Shown: in pieces, positions 8,038-18,967 of the stretch
Position numbering within the stretch: position 1 is the stretch's first letter
Layout: every line of letters starts with the position of its first letter
DNA from: Acidimicrobiales bacterium
GTDB lineage: Bacteria; Actinomycetota; Acidimicrobiia; Acidimicrobiales; JAJPHD01
Direction of reading: 5' to 3'
Assembly (NCBI GenBank): GCA_039583695.1
Contig: JAVKSL010000008.1
Location: 1,654 to 65,653 of the forward strand
DNA length: 64,000 nucleotides
Notes under the pieces: generated by a model
Seen by the model: the letters and a program-made list of their open reading frames with translations, nothing else
What the model was told of the DNA's origin: nothing
The model's database searches: none
Made by a program: the position numbers and the translations under genes

Positions 8038-8415
8038 ATGCCCAGTCGTGTTGCCGCCCTCGACCATGTGCAGCTGGCTATGCCAGTAGGTCGGGAAGCC
8101 GAAGCCGAGAGCTTTTACTGCGGTGTGCTCGGCTTGTCTGTCCTGCCCAAGCCGGAGCCGCTCGCCTCTCGAGGCGGTCGATGGTTCAGCTCCGGTGATG
8201 TACAGATTCACCTCGGCGTCGAGCAGGACTTTCGGCCAGCTCGCAAGGCACACCCGGCCCTGCGGGTCGATGACTTCGATGATCTCGTCACGACCCTCGA
8301 GGCGGCGGGGATGACCTGGCGATGGGATCACGACCTGCCCGGGATTCGACGGCTCTACGTCGACGACCCCTTCGGAAACCGTATCGAGCTGATAGACAAC
8401 GCTCGCCAGGAGTGA
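8038..8415 (+). CDS. glyoxalase/VOC-family protein
   Basis: The 125-aa ORF reads LDHVQLAMP...AESFYCGVLGL...HPALRVDD...DPFGNRIELI. Confidence 0.8.
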   Translation: MPSRVAALDHVQLAMPVGREAEAESFYCGVLGLSVLPKPEPLASRGGRWFSSGDVQIHLGVEQDFRPARKAHPALRVDDFDDLVTTLEAAGMTWRWDHDLPGIRRLYVDDPFGNRIELIDNARQE

Positions 8416-8735
8416 CTGGTCCTTGCAGTCCCGGCAGTCGCGCTGCGGTCGAGAATCCCTGTGTGAGCTCGCCCACGGTCGGTCCTCGTGGCTGGTCCCA
8501 GCTCGATCGCAAGTGGCAGACCGAGCTGGCCGTAGGGGACCACTCCCAAGCCGGAGGCTTCCAGCAGGGCTCCGCTCAGTGCCATCGAGGGTCTGGGTTT
8601 GACCAACCCGGGAATCTGGCACGTGCGGTCACCGTGCGAGCCCATGTAGGGGAGGAATCGAGCCCAGTGCCTGGCAAGACCCGTGCCCGGTTGCGACCAG
8701 CGCTTGGCGGTGGGCGACGCCTACCGACGACCCCC
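8355..8735 (-). pseudogene. amidase-signature relic (fragment, spread over more than one frame)
   Basis: Two minus-strand frames read ...WGSSVGVAHRQALVATG...ALGS and GSHGDRTCQIPGLVKPRPSMALSG...LAIELGPATRT. These loosely follow the amidase signature GGSSGG..AAVAAG..ALGSD.GGSIR.PA..CG.VG.KPT.G..S...SLD..GP.AR. No intact ORF remains. The relic is truncated by the ABM gene on one side and the VOC gene on the other. Confidence 0.35.
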
Positions 8736-8740
8736 AAGCG

Positions 8741-9082
8741 TCAGCTACCTGCTCCGTCGGGCGGCACCGACATCTCTGCGAGCTCGGACCACTCGGTGCC
8801 AGGGACCTCCACGTTGATGATCTCTGGCGTACGGCTCAGCAGTCCGGGCAGGGCTTCGCAGGCCGTCTTGAAGTGTGCAGAGCTGACATGGGCCTTGCCG
8901 GCGTCGGCGTCGGCAAACGCCTCGACCAGGACGAACTGATCCGGGTTCTCCGCGCTGCGCGACCACTCGAACCACAGGTTGCCCGCCTCTTGGCGCGTGG
9001 CCCGGGTGAAGTCGTCCACCTGAGCCAGCCAGTTGGCGGCGTGCTCGGGACGCACAGCGAACTTGGCGACGATGAAAATCAC
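8741..9082 (-). CDS. antibiotic-biosynthesis-monooxygenase (ABM)-fold protein
   Basis: The 113-aa ORF reads MIFIVAKFAVRPE...NLWFEWSRS..NPDQFVLVEAFADADAGKAHVSSAHFK. A GGAGG SD lies 6 nt upstream of the GTG start. Confidence 0.75.
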   Translation of the reverse strand: MIFIVAKFAVRPEHAANWLAQVDDFTRATRQEAGNLWFEWSRSAENPDQFVLVEAFADADAGKAHVSSAHFKTACEALPGLLSRTPEIINVEVPGTEWSELAEMSVPPDGAGS

Positions 9083-9191
9083 GAGCGACCTCCTACGGTA
9101 GGGTTAAATCGGTCAGGACCTACCCAGCTTTGTCGGAGTCGGCCAGGCTCTCAAGGGCAACGCGGATCTGGGTGCCTGCTTGTAATCTGGC

Positions 9192-9749
9192 GTGGTGACG
9201 GTTCGTTCGATCCGGGTCGTGGGGGACCCCGTGCTGCGCACTCCGGCAACTCCCGTGACCGACTTCGACAAGCCCCTGGCCCGCTTGGTGGGAGACCTCA
9301 CAGAGACCCTTCACGACGCCAGCGGGGCCGGGTTGGCCGCGCCCCAGATCGGCGTGGGGCTGCGGGTCTTCGTCTATGCCCTCGCCGATCCGGACGACCC
9401 CGAGGGCTTTCGCTACGGGCACCTGATCAATCCGGTGCTCGAGGCCAGCGAGGACCTTCTCGAAGACGAGGAGGGCTGCCTGTCCATCCCGGGGCTGTTC
9501 TACAACCTGGCCCGTCCCCGCCAGATCGTGGCCCGCGGCTTCGACCTCCACGGCGAACCCCTCGAGGTCGCGGGAACCGAACGTCTGGCCCGGTGCCTGG
9601 CGCACGAGACGGACCATCTGGATGGGGTCCTGTTCATCGACCGCCTCGAGGGCCTTGCTCGCCAGAGGGCGTTGCGAGCCGTGAGGGAGATGCTCGAGTC
9701 GGGACTGGATGTCAAGGTGAAGGCCTCACCGCACGCACCCTTGGCATGA
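9192..9749 (+). CDS. def: peptide deformylase
   Basis: The 185-aa ORF has all three Def motifs: GAGLAAPQIG, EGCLSIPG and HETDHLDG. Confidence 0.9.
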   Translation: MVTVRSIRVVGDPVLRTPATPVTDFDKPLARLVGDLTETLHDASGAGLAAPQIGVGLRVFVYALADPDDPEGFRYGHLINPVLEASEDLLEDEEGCLSIPGLFYNLARPRQIVARGFDLHGEPLEVAGTERLARCLAHETDHLDGVLFIDRLEGLARQRALRAVREMLESGLDVKVKASPHAPLA

Positions 9750-9802
9750 GCGCCCGCACCTCTGGGAGCCCGACGCCTGATCGCTCCGGGTAGCCTTGCC
9801 TG

Positions 9803-10375
9803 ATGGCCAACCGGGCAGATTTTGCCGAGCTGGCGATGGAGTTCCTGCCGGCCCTGTACAGCGCGGCGATGCGAATGACTCGTAACCCTGCCGACGCGGA
9901 GGACTTGGTCCAAGAGACCTATCTGAAGGCGTACAGGGCATTCGGTACCTTCCAGGAGGGCACCAACCTCAAAGCGTGGCTCTACCGGATACTCACCAAC
10001 ACCTACATCAACGCGTACCGGGCCCGCCAGCGCCACCCCGAGGTGACTGACGTCGAAGATGTCGAGGAGCTGTACATGTACCGTCGGCTGGGAGGTCTCG
10101 AGGCCGCCGCGGCCGGTCGCAGCGCCGAGGACGAGGTGCTGGAGCGACTCACCGACGACACTGTGAAGGCCGCGGTGGAGTCGCTGCCCGAGCAGTTCCG
10201 CATTGCCGTGCTGCTCGCCGATGTCGAGGGATTCTCGTACAAGGAGATTGCCGAGATCACCGATGTACCGATCGGCACGGTCATGAGCCGGCTGCATCGG
10301 GGAAGAAGGGCGCTGCAAAAGGCGTTGTTGGAGTATGGCCAAGAGCGTGGTCTGGTAGGGGCCGGCGGCCGATGA
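9803..10375 (+). CDS. ECF sigma factor, SigH/SigR-like
   Basis: The 190-aa ORF has region 2 ([17 protein letters not shown]) and region 4 ([24 protein letters not shown]). A ZAS anti-sigma gene follows with a 4-nt overlap. Confidence 0.85.
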   Translation: MANRADFAELAMEFLPALYSAAMRMTRNPADAEDLVQETYLKAYRAFGTFQEGTNLKAWLYRILTNTYINAYRARQRHPEVTDVEDVEELYMYRRLGGLEAAAAGRSAEDEVLERLTDDTVKAAVESLPEQFRIAVLLADVEGFSYKEIAEITDVPIGTVMSRLHRGRRALQKALLEYGQERGLVGAGGR

Positions 10376-10698
10376 GCAGCTACGAGGGGGACCCAATGGC
10401 TAACGACGAAGCAGTGTTGGATGAGATGCCGGCGGGGGAGGACGACTGTGGCGAGGTCGTGCGTCGCCTATATCACTTCCTCGATGGCGAGCTCACCGAC
10501 GAGCGCCGATCCATGATCCGTCGTCACCTGGATGACTGCGGCTCGTGCCTGGAGGCGTTCGACTTCGAGGCCGAGCTGCGCCAGATCGTGGCATCACGTT
10601 GCCGGGACCGGGTTCCGGATCGTCTCAGGGAGCGAGTCGCTGCGGCCATCCGGGCCGAGCAGGCTCCGTCAGGGACCGAGATGGTCGAGTCGCAATGA
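10372..10698 (+). CDS. zinc-binding anti-sigma factor (ZAS; RsrA/RshA-like)
   Basis: The 108-aa ORF has the HxxxCxxC motif ([12 protein letters not shown]) plus an upstream Cys (DDCGEVV). It shares an ATGA overlap with the sigma gene. The true start could instead be the ATG at 10396. Confidence 0.8.
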   Translation: MSSYEGDPMANDEAVLDEMPAGEDDCGEVVRRLYHFLDGELTDERRSMIRRHLDDCGSCLEAFDFEAELRQIVASRCRDRVPDRLRERVAAAIRAEQAPSGTEMVESQ

Positions 10699-10772
10699 AC
10701 GGCCCAGCATGAACGGCCCAGCAAGAACGGCCCAGCAAGAACGGCCCAGCATGAACGGCCCAGCATGAACGG
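10695..10772. repeat. 14-bp tandem array, about 5.6 copies (ATGAACGGCCCAGC; units 3-4 begin AAG)
   Basis: Read directly. The first unit holds the anti-sigma stop codon. The last unit holds the ATG of the next gene. Confidence 0.95.
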
Positions 10773-11829
10773 AGCGGTGTCCTGGGGGGTTGCCGAGAGA
10801 GTGGCGATCCGGGTTGCCGGTGGCCAGGGATCGGATGGCTCGTTTCGGTATGGCTCCCTCGAGCGGGATTTCGACGAGCTGACCGCGAAGGCCGAGGAGC
10901 TGGTCGAGCGCGAGACTGGGCTTCGCTCGATGACTGGTGTGGCGAGGGCGCGGGTGACCGATCGAGCCGGTTGGGTCCAGGCCAACCTGGCGAGCTTCCA
11001 GCGCCTCTTGCACCCGGTCATCACCAAGCTCGGTCCCAAGATTGGGACAGGCCCCTTTGCCCCGGCCAGCCGGGCGGTCACGGGGGCCCAGGTCGGGTCC
11101 CTGCTGGGCTGGATGTCGCGACGCGTGCTTGGCCAGTACGACTTGTTGCTGGTGGAGGACGACCGGCCGGAGGAACAGGACATCGTCTACTACGTCGGGC
11201 CGAACATCGTGGAGCTGGAGCGGCGATTCGCCTTTCCTCCCCGGGAGTTTCGCCTGTGGCTGGCCCTTCACGAGGTCACTCACCGGGTCCAGTTCACCGG
11301 CATTCCCTGGATGCGGGGCCACTTCTTGTCCCTTGTGGCCGAGGGTCTGGACTCGTTGGACACAGATCCTCGCCAGCTGCTGGAAGCCTTCAAGCGGGCG
11401 GCCAACGAGGTCTCCGCGGGCCGGAACCCTCTGAGCGACGGCATCGTCAGCCTCCTGGCCAGCCCGAATCAGGCCGAGATCCTGGGCCGCATCCAGGGCC
11501 TGATGAGCTTGTTGGAAGGCCACGGCGACGTGACCATGGACCGCGCGGCGGCGGCGGAGGTCCCCAACGCACAGCGCTTCAGCCGGATCCTTCGGGAGCG
11601 CCGCACGACGGCCAGCGGGCCAGCCCGGGTCCTCCAGCAGGCGATCGGTATCGAGGCGAAGCTACGACAGTACGAGCAGGGTGAAAGGTTCATTGCCGCG
11701 GTGGAGGCAGTGGGTGGACGCGCGCTGGTCAACCGGGCATGGGAGGGCCCGGCCCTGCTTCCCACCCTGGCCGAGGTACAAGAGCCGCAGCGCTGGCTCA
11801 GCCGGGTCGGTGTCCCACCCGCAGCCTGA
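10765..11829 (+). CDS. zinc-dependent metalloprotease, DUF2342/zincin-like
   Basis: The 354-aa ORF has an HExxH motif in [19 protein letters not shown]. Its position downstream of sigH/rshA is conserved in actinobacteria. Confidence 0.8.
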   Translation: MNGAVSWGVAERVAIRVAGGQGSDGSFRYGSLERDFDELTAKAEELVERETGLRSMTGVARARVTDRAGWVQANLASFQRLLHPVITKLGPKIGTGPFAPASRAVTGAQVGSLLGWMSRRVLGQYDLLLVEDDRPEEQDIVYYVGPNIVELERRFAFPPREFRLWLALHEVTHRVQFTGIPWMRGHFLSLVAEGLDSLDTDPRQLLEAFKRAANEVSAGRNPLSDGIVSLLASPNQAEILGRIQGLMSLLEGHGDVTMDRAAAAEVPNAQRFSRILRERRTTASGPARVLQQAIGIEAKLRQYEQGERFIAAVEAVGGRALVNRAWEGPALLPTLAEVQEPQRWLSRVGVPPAA

Positions 11830-13326
11830 GGCCGCAGGCATCGACTCAGGCGGCGCGGCCCGCCTGCTCGGTCGCTGCACCTTCCCGCCAGCCGGTGAGG
11901 AGCTTTTTTGTGCGGTGTCCGGCGGAGCCGACTCGCTGGCCCTTCTGGTGCTTGCATGTGCGGCGGGGTGCAGGGTGACCGCGATCCATGTCGATCATGG
12001 GCTCCGGCCTGGCTCGGGGGCAGAAGCCGACGTCGTGGACGCGGCGGCCCGGCGCCTCGGAGCTCAATTTCGAAAAGAGCAGGTGTGGATCGAGCCGGGA
12101 GGCAACGTCGAGGCTAGGGCGCGCCAGGCCCGGCTCGGGGTCCTGCCGCCGGGGACGGCCACGGGGCACACAGTCGATGACCAGGCAGAGACCGTCCTGC
12201 TCAACTTGTGCAGGGGGGCCGGCCTCGACGGCCTGGCTGGGATGCGGGCCGGGCGGACCCACCCGATTCTGGCCCTGCGCCGGGCCGAGACGGTGGCACT
12301 GTGCGCCGAGGTGCGCTTGGTGCCTGTGGCCGATCCGTCGAACACTGACCTGCGCCTGCGTCGCAACCGGATTCGCCACGAGGTGCTCCCCTTGCTGTGC
12401 GCGGTCGCCGAGAGGGATGTCGCGCCAGTGCTTGCCCGCCAGGCTGGGTTGCTGGCCGCTGACGCCGAGTTGCTGGCCGAGCTGGCCAGTGACATCGAGG
12501 CAGCTGACGCAACAGCTCTGCGGTTGGTTCCCGCTCCGATCGCCCGGCGTGTCTTACGGGCCTGGCTCCGAGATGAGCAGGGTCATCCGCCAGACGCGGC
12601 CGCGATCGAGCGGGTGATGGACGTGGCGCGCGGGGATGCTGGTGGCACAGACGTCGGTGGGGGCGTGCGGGTACGACGCTCCCGGGGACGCCTTGTCGTG
12701 GGCAGGTCGCTCACGGGCGCGGGGGGTGCTGCGAGTAGGGTCGCCGCAGTGAGCGCAGGAGTGTCAGCCGATCGAGCACCAACCAGGGCCGCGCACTGTG
12801 ACGACGCGGCGCTGGGGCCGGTGGTGGTGGGCGAAGCCGAGCTTGCGGCCCGGGTGGCCGAGCTCGGGGCGCAGATTACACGGGACTATGTCGGGCGCCC
12901 ACCACTGTTGATCGGGGTGCTCAAGGGAGCGTTCTTGTTCATGAGCGACCTGGCCCGGGCAATCGCGTTGCCCGTCGAGTGCGACTTCATGGCGGTGGCC
13001 TCCTACGGAACCTCCACCAGGACCAGTGGCGTGGTGAGGATCGTGAAGGACCTCGATCTGGATCTGTCCGGCCGGCACGTGCTGGTGGTGGAAGATATAG
13101 TGGACAGCGGCCTGACACTTTCGTATTTGCGGCGCAACCTGGCGGCGAGAGGGCCGGCCAGCCTGGAGGTGTGCGCCCTGCTGGTCAAGGCAGGCCTCCA
13201 GCGGGCACCCCTCGACCTTCGCTATGTCGGCTTCGAGATTCCCCCCGACTTCGTGGTCGGTTACGGATTGGACATGAACGAGCACTACCGCAACCTGCCC
13301 TACGTGTGCCGCTATATCGAGGTGCC

Positions 13327-13330
<4 letters not shown>
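11810..13330 (+). CDS. tilS: continuous ORF combining tRNA(Ile)-lysidine synthetase (TilS) and hypoxanthine phosphoribosyltransferase (Hpt)
   Basis: I trimmed ORF 11681..13330 to the GTG at 11810, which overlaps the upstream stop. It has the PP-loop [12 protein letters not shown] at the N-terminus. The C-terminal 180 aa is Hpt ([30 protein letters not shown]). There is no in-frame stop between the two domains. A separate hpt start at a GTG near 12750 cannot be excluded. Confidence 0.75.
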
Positions 13331-15335
<2,005 letters not shown>

Positions 15336-15339
<4 letters not shown>

Positions 15340-15920
15340 GCGCACCAGGAGGTGTCGACTTGGAGAGGGCGCAGGCGGCGGTCCGCGAGTTCCTGGCCGC
15401 GATTGGTGAGGATCCCGATCGCGAGGGCCTGGTAGAGACGCCCCGTCGGGTGGCCGCAATGTACGCCGAGCTGCTGGCCGGTCACTACGAGGACCCGGCC
15501 AGGCATCTGAAGTCCACCTTTGCCGCGGACCACGACGAGATGGTCATGGTGCGCGATATCGCCTTTACGTCGCTGTGCGAGCACCACATGGCGCCTTTTG
15601 TTGGCAAGGCTCACGTTGCCTACATTCCCAGCGAGGACGGCAGGATCACCGGACTTTCCAAGCTTGCCCGGCTGGTGGAGGGCTATGCGCGCCGGCTACA
15701 GGTGCAGGAGCGACTGACCAGTCAAGTTGCCGATGCCATGGAGCAGGCCCTTTGCTCCCGTGGGGTGCTGGTGGTCGTCGAGGCCGAGCACATGTGCATG
15801 TCCATGCGGGGGGTGAACAAGCCCGGAGCGGCAACCGTGACCTCGGCGGTGAGAGGCATATTCCGAGAGGACGCTGCCACCAGGGCCGAGGCCATGGCCT
15901 TTATTCAGGCTCACCGGTAG
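15336..15920 (+). CDS. folE: GTP cyclohydrolase I
   Basis: It has the FolE motifs CEHHMAPF and [16 protein letters not shown] placed the start at the GTG at 15336 (a GTGA overlap with ftsH). An alternative is the TTG at 15360, which sits behind an AGGAGG. Confidence 0.85.
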
Positions 15921-15927
15921 CTCAGCC

Positions 15928-16734
15928 ATGCGAGCCCTTGTGATGGGGGTCTTGAATGTCACCCCGGACTCGTTTTGGGACGGCGGGCGCTGGGCGGATC
16001 CCGAGGCGGCCGTGGTGAGGGGCCTGGCGATGATTGCGGAAGGGGCTGACATCGTCGACGTCGGTGGGGAGTCGAGCCGCCCAGGGGCGACGCCGGTTGC
16101 GTTGGCCGAGGAGGCGCGGCGCGTGCTGCCGGTGATCACGGCCCTGGCCCCCCACGTGCGAGTGTCGGTGGACACGGTCAAAGCTGCGGTGGCCGAGGCT
16201 GCCATCGAGGCCGGGGCGACCCTGGTCAACGATATCTCGGCGTCGCTGGCGCCGCTTGCTGCGGCGGCTGGCGTGGGCTGGGTGGCGATGCACATGAGGG
16301 GCACCCCGGCGGACATGCAGCGCGCGGCGTGCTACGAGGACGTGGTAAGCGAGGTCTGTGAATGGCTGGCTGGTCGGGCGTTGTGGGGGTCAGAGCTCGG
16401 TTTGGGCGAGGTTTGGGTGGACCCTGGGATTGGCTTTGCCAAGACCGCAACTCACAACCTGGCCCTCCTCCGCCACCTCGATCAGGTCGTCGGGCTGGGA
16501 TACCCTGTGCTTGTCGGCACCAGCCGCAAGAGCTTTCTCGGTCCGCTCAGTGCCCCTGCGGACCTGGGCCCGCGCACCAGTCCGGGGGATCGCCTGGAGG
16601 CGTCGCTCGCGACCGCCGTCTGGGCTGTCGAGCAGGGGGTGCAGATGGTGCGGGTCCACGATGTGTCGGCGACAGTGCAGGCTCTGACATTGCAAGGCGC
16701 GCGGCCCGTAGGCTGCGAGCGGAGGCCTTCGTGA
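15928..16734 (+). CDS. folP: dihydropteroate synthase
   Basis: The 268-aa ORF reads MGVLNVTPDSFWDGG, DIVDVGGESSRPGA and VDPGIGFAKT. Confidence 0.9.
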   Translation: MRALVMGVLNVTPDSFWDGGRWADPEAAVVRGLAMIAEGADIVDVGGESSRPGATPVALAEEARRVLPVITALAPHVRVSVDTVKAAVAEAAIEAGATLVNDISASLAPLAAAAGVGWVAMHMRGTPADMQRAACYEDVVSEVCEWLAGRALWGSELGLGEVWVDPGIGFAKTATHNLALLRHLDQVVGLGYPVLVGTSRKSFLGPLSAPADLGPRTSPGDRLEASLATAVWAVEQGVQMVRVHDVSATVQALTLQGARPVGCERRPS

Positions 16735-17306
16735 CCGGGCGCTGGGCGGCGGGAATCATCCCGCGCAACTTTGTCTGGGTTATCCGAGACCACTTGGCAG
16801 TGAGCGAGCGTCCTGGCGGCTACTCCCGCAATCACCGCCCGGTCAGGCGAACCGAAGAGATCGTGTGGTTGAAGGTCAACGGTTTCACCCGGGTCGTGTC
16901 ACTGCTTGGTTCGCCCCATAATCTACACGCCTATGACGAGATGGACCTAGCATGGGCCCACCAGCCGTTTGGTCCCAATGCTGACCCCAAGGTCGTGCTG
17001 CCCGGGCTCTACGGCCGGCTCGAGCGGTGGCTGGCCGAGGGCGAGCGGGTGCTGGTTCACCAAGAGGAGCTGGGCGACAGGCTCATGGGGGCGGTCGCTG
17101 GATACTTGATCTGGACGGGAGGGTTGCCAACGTGCACCCAGGCGGTAGCCGGTGTCGAGCAGATGATGCGCCGGCGGATGGCGCCTGAGGGGCGCGAGCT
17201 GGTTCAGCTGGCATCCCAGCTGAAAGCGTTCCAAGGGGACCCGGCCCAGGGACCCCTCCCCCGAACCTGCCCGGACCCGCAATCTGGGCGACCGGATGGA
17301 GCCTGA
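16731..17306 (+). CDS. dual-specificity/PTP-fold protein with a degenerate P-loop (HQEELGDR in place of HCxxGxxR)
   Basis: This is the C-terminal 191 aa of ORF 16362..17306, starting at the GTG at 16731 (a GTGA overlap with the folP stop). Its stop overlaps the folB ATG. The layout PRNFVWV...LAVSERP...GFTRVVSL...PFGPNADP...ERVLVHQEELGDRLMGAVAGYL follows the DSP fold, but the nucleophile Cys is Gln. Confidence 0.6.
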   Translation: MTGRWAAGIIPRNFVWVIRDHLAVSERPGGYSRNHRPVRRTEEIVWLKVNGFTRVVSLLGSPHNLHAYDEMDLAWAHQPFGPNADPKVVLPGLYGRLERWLAEGERVLVHQEELGDRLMGAVAGYLIWTGGLPTCTQAVAGVEQMMRRRMAPEGRELVQLASQLKAFQGDPAQGPLPRTCPDPQSGRPDGA

Positions 17307-17713
17307 TGGCGCCGGGTGACCCCGCCGTGCCGCGCGAAGTGCAGGCCGGCCAGCAGGATCACATCCAGCTTCATGGCCTGCGGGTTCTTGGTATCCACGG
17401 AGTCGGGCCGGCTGAGCGTCTGAATCCGCAGCCCTTCGAGGTCGACGTGGACCTCATGCTGGACCTGGGGCCAGCCGGGCGGAGCGATGACCTGGCCCTA
17501 ACCGTCGACTACGGCGCCGTCCTCGAGGGGGTGGCCAGAGTTGTCGCCGAGAAGAGCTTCTGCCTGCTGGAGGCCCTGGCCGAGGCCATCGCCATCGAGG
17601 TCCGGTCTGATCCTAGGGTTGCGGAGGTGTCGGTGAGCGTGCGCAAGCTTCGACCGCCAGTACCCTTGGATGTCGCATCGGTGGGAGTGCGGATCACGCG
17701 GCGGGCGCCGTGA
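17306..17713 (+). CDS. folB: dihydroneopterin aldolase
   Basis: The 135-aa ORF reads IQLHGLRVLGIHGVGPAERLNPQPFEVDVDL...TVDYGAV, which is typical of FolB. Confidence 0.85.
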   Translation: MAPGDPAVPREVQAGQQDHIQLHGLRVLGIHGVGPAERLNPQPFEVDVDLMLDLGPAGRSDDLALTVDYGAVLEGVARVVAEKSFCLLEALAEAIAIEVRSDPRVAEVSVSVRKLRPPVPLDVASVGVRITRRAP

Positions 17714-18237
17714 GCCGGCGCGCCTTTATCGGGCTAGGCTCCAATCTGGGGAACCGTCGGGCACTGTTGGAGGCGGCGGTTGCGGCCATGCCCGACGTGG
17801 TCGCCCTCTCCCCGGTCTACGAGTCCGACCCGGTCGGCGGTCCACCTGGGCAGGGGCCGTACCTCAACATGGTCGTCGAGCTGAGCACCGAGCTCGGCCC
17901 TCAGGCCCTGCTGGAGATGGCAAGGGTCCTCGAGCAGGGCGCTGGGCGCCAGCGGGTCGAGCGGTGGGGGTCTCGCACCCTGGATGTGGACATCTTGGTG
18001 GTGGGCGATCTCCGGGTGGAAGAGCCAGACCTGATCGTGCCCCACCCGCGATTAGCAGAACGGGCCTTTGTTCTGGTCCCCCTCAATGACCTGGCACCCG
18101 AGGTGGTGACCCGCCTGGCTGGCGACGACTGGCGCGCGGGGCTGGCCGGCGGCGTCAGTCTGGTCGCGAACCGCAGCTCAGCTCAGCTCAGCCAGGTCCG
18201 CCGGTGTTGCCGACCTCGTATGGAGGCGCAAGGGTAA
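17710..18237 (+). CDS. folK: 2-amino-4-hydroxy-6-hydroxymethyldihydropteridine pyrophosphokinase
   Basis: The 175-aa ORF has IGLGSNLG, SPVYESDPVGG, RTLDVDIL and VPHPRLAERAFVLVPL. It shares a GTGA overlap with folB. Confidence 0.85.
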   Translation: MSRRAFIGLGSNLGNRRALLEAAVAAMPDVVALSPVYESDPVGGPPGQGPYLNMVVELSTELGPQALLEMARVLEQGAGRQRVERWGSRTLDVDILVVGDLRVEEPDLIVPHPRLAERAFVLVPLNDLAPEVVTRLAGDDWRAGLAGGVSLVANRSSAQLSQVRRCCRPRMEAQG

Positions 18238-18967
18238 GGACGGCGCTCACGATGTGTTCGCGGCTCGTGCCGATCTCGTCGCCAGCGTCCTCGAATCGGG
18301 CGGCGATGGCGGCCAGATTCTCGTTGCCGACGGCCTCCCGGAACCAGCGCGAGTAGTCCCCGCGCTCCAGGTGGGCCTGCCAGGTCGGTTCGTCCACCAC
18401 CTCGGCCAGCTGGACAAACTCGGACAGGTTGTGGGCAGCCAGGCCGGGTGCCCCCTCGTGGGAGCGGAAGACGAAGCACTGCGCTGAGCCAAGGTCGCGA
18501 GCCGCAGGATGGTGACGTCCTCGACCAGAGCCGCCGGCCCCTGCCGGCGGGCCGAGACACAACGAACCCTGGGCCCGCGCAGCGCGCGATGTGTCGCCAC
18601 TAGCAACTAGCCGGGCCAGCTCGATCTGGGGATTGTCCTCGATGCCGATCAGCCGATCGCTGGCATGCTCGGTGGCCCTGATGATCTCATTGAGCTTGAG
18701 CTGGGTCGCCTGGTTGTCTCGGTTGTGGGTGTGCTGCATCACCACGAGAAGCAAAAGGGCAAGGATGGGCGCCCCAGCCGTGGCACTGAGCTCCCATGCC
18801 GACGAGAAGCCCACGAACGGCCCGATGACCAACCATATGAACGCGGCGATGACCAGCAGAGAGCTGAAGGGGGGAGCGCCTGCGATGTTCCGGATGTGAT
18901 TGGAGAGGCGGGGGAACCAGGGGCTAAGGGCCTTTACGAGAACAACCTGCGCGGCGAAGCCGCTCAA
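18188..18967 (-). CDS. low-affinity iron permease-like membrane domain fused to a C-terminal soluble domain (DUF5752-like, from memory)
   Basis: This is a 259-aa ORF. The N-terminal half reads ...IAGAPPFSSLLVIAAFIWLVIGPFVGFSSAWEL...MQHTHNRDNQATQLKLNEIIRA, matching the Iron_permease family pattern. The C-terminal half reads CFVFRSHEGAPGLAAHNLSEFVQLAE...HLERGDYSRWFREAVGNENLA. The TTG start and the first ~14 codons lie inside repeat element copy A. The 3' end overlaps folK by 50 nt. Confidence 0.6.
   Translation of the reverse strand: MSGFAAQVVLVKALSPWFPRLSNHIRNIAGAPPFSSLLVIAAFIWLVIGPFVGFSSAWELSATAGAPILALLLLVVMQHTHNRDNQATQLKLNEIIRATEHASDRLIGIEDNPQIELARLVASGDTSRAARAQGSLCLGPPAGAGGSGRGRHHPAARDLGSAQCFVFRSHEGAPGLAAHNLSEFVQLAEVVDEPTWQAHLERGDYSRWFREAVGNENLAAIAARFEDAGDEIGTSREHIVSAVLTLAPPYEVGNTGGPG

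Noticed and set aside
9750-9802. SigH/SigR-type autoregulatory promoter (GGAAT-n18-GTT) upstream of the ECF sigma gene
   Set aside because: No acceptable match was seen in the 53-nt gap. A promoter may lie inside the def 3' end, but I cannot support it.
10695-10772. CRISPR array hypothesis for this and the other repeat arrays (1151, 43838, 50357, 56551)
   Set aside because: The units are directly contiguous with no unique spacers, the units are only 9-36 bp, and there are no cas genes. They are simple tandem repeats.
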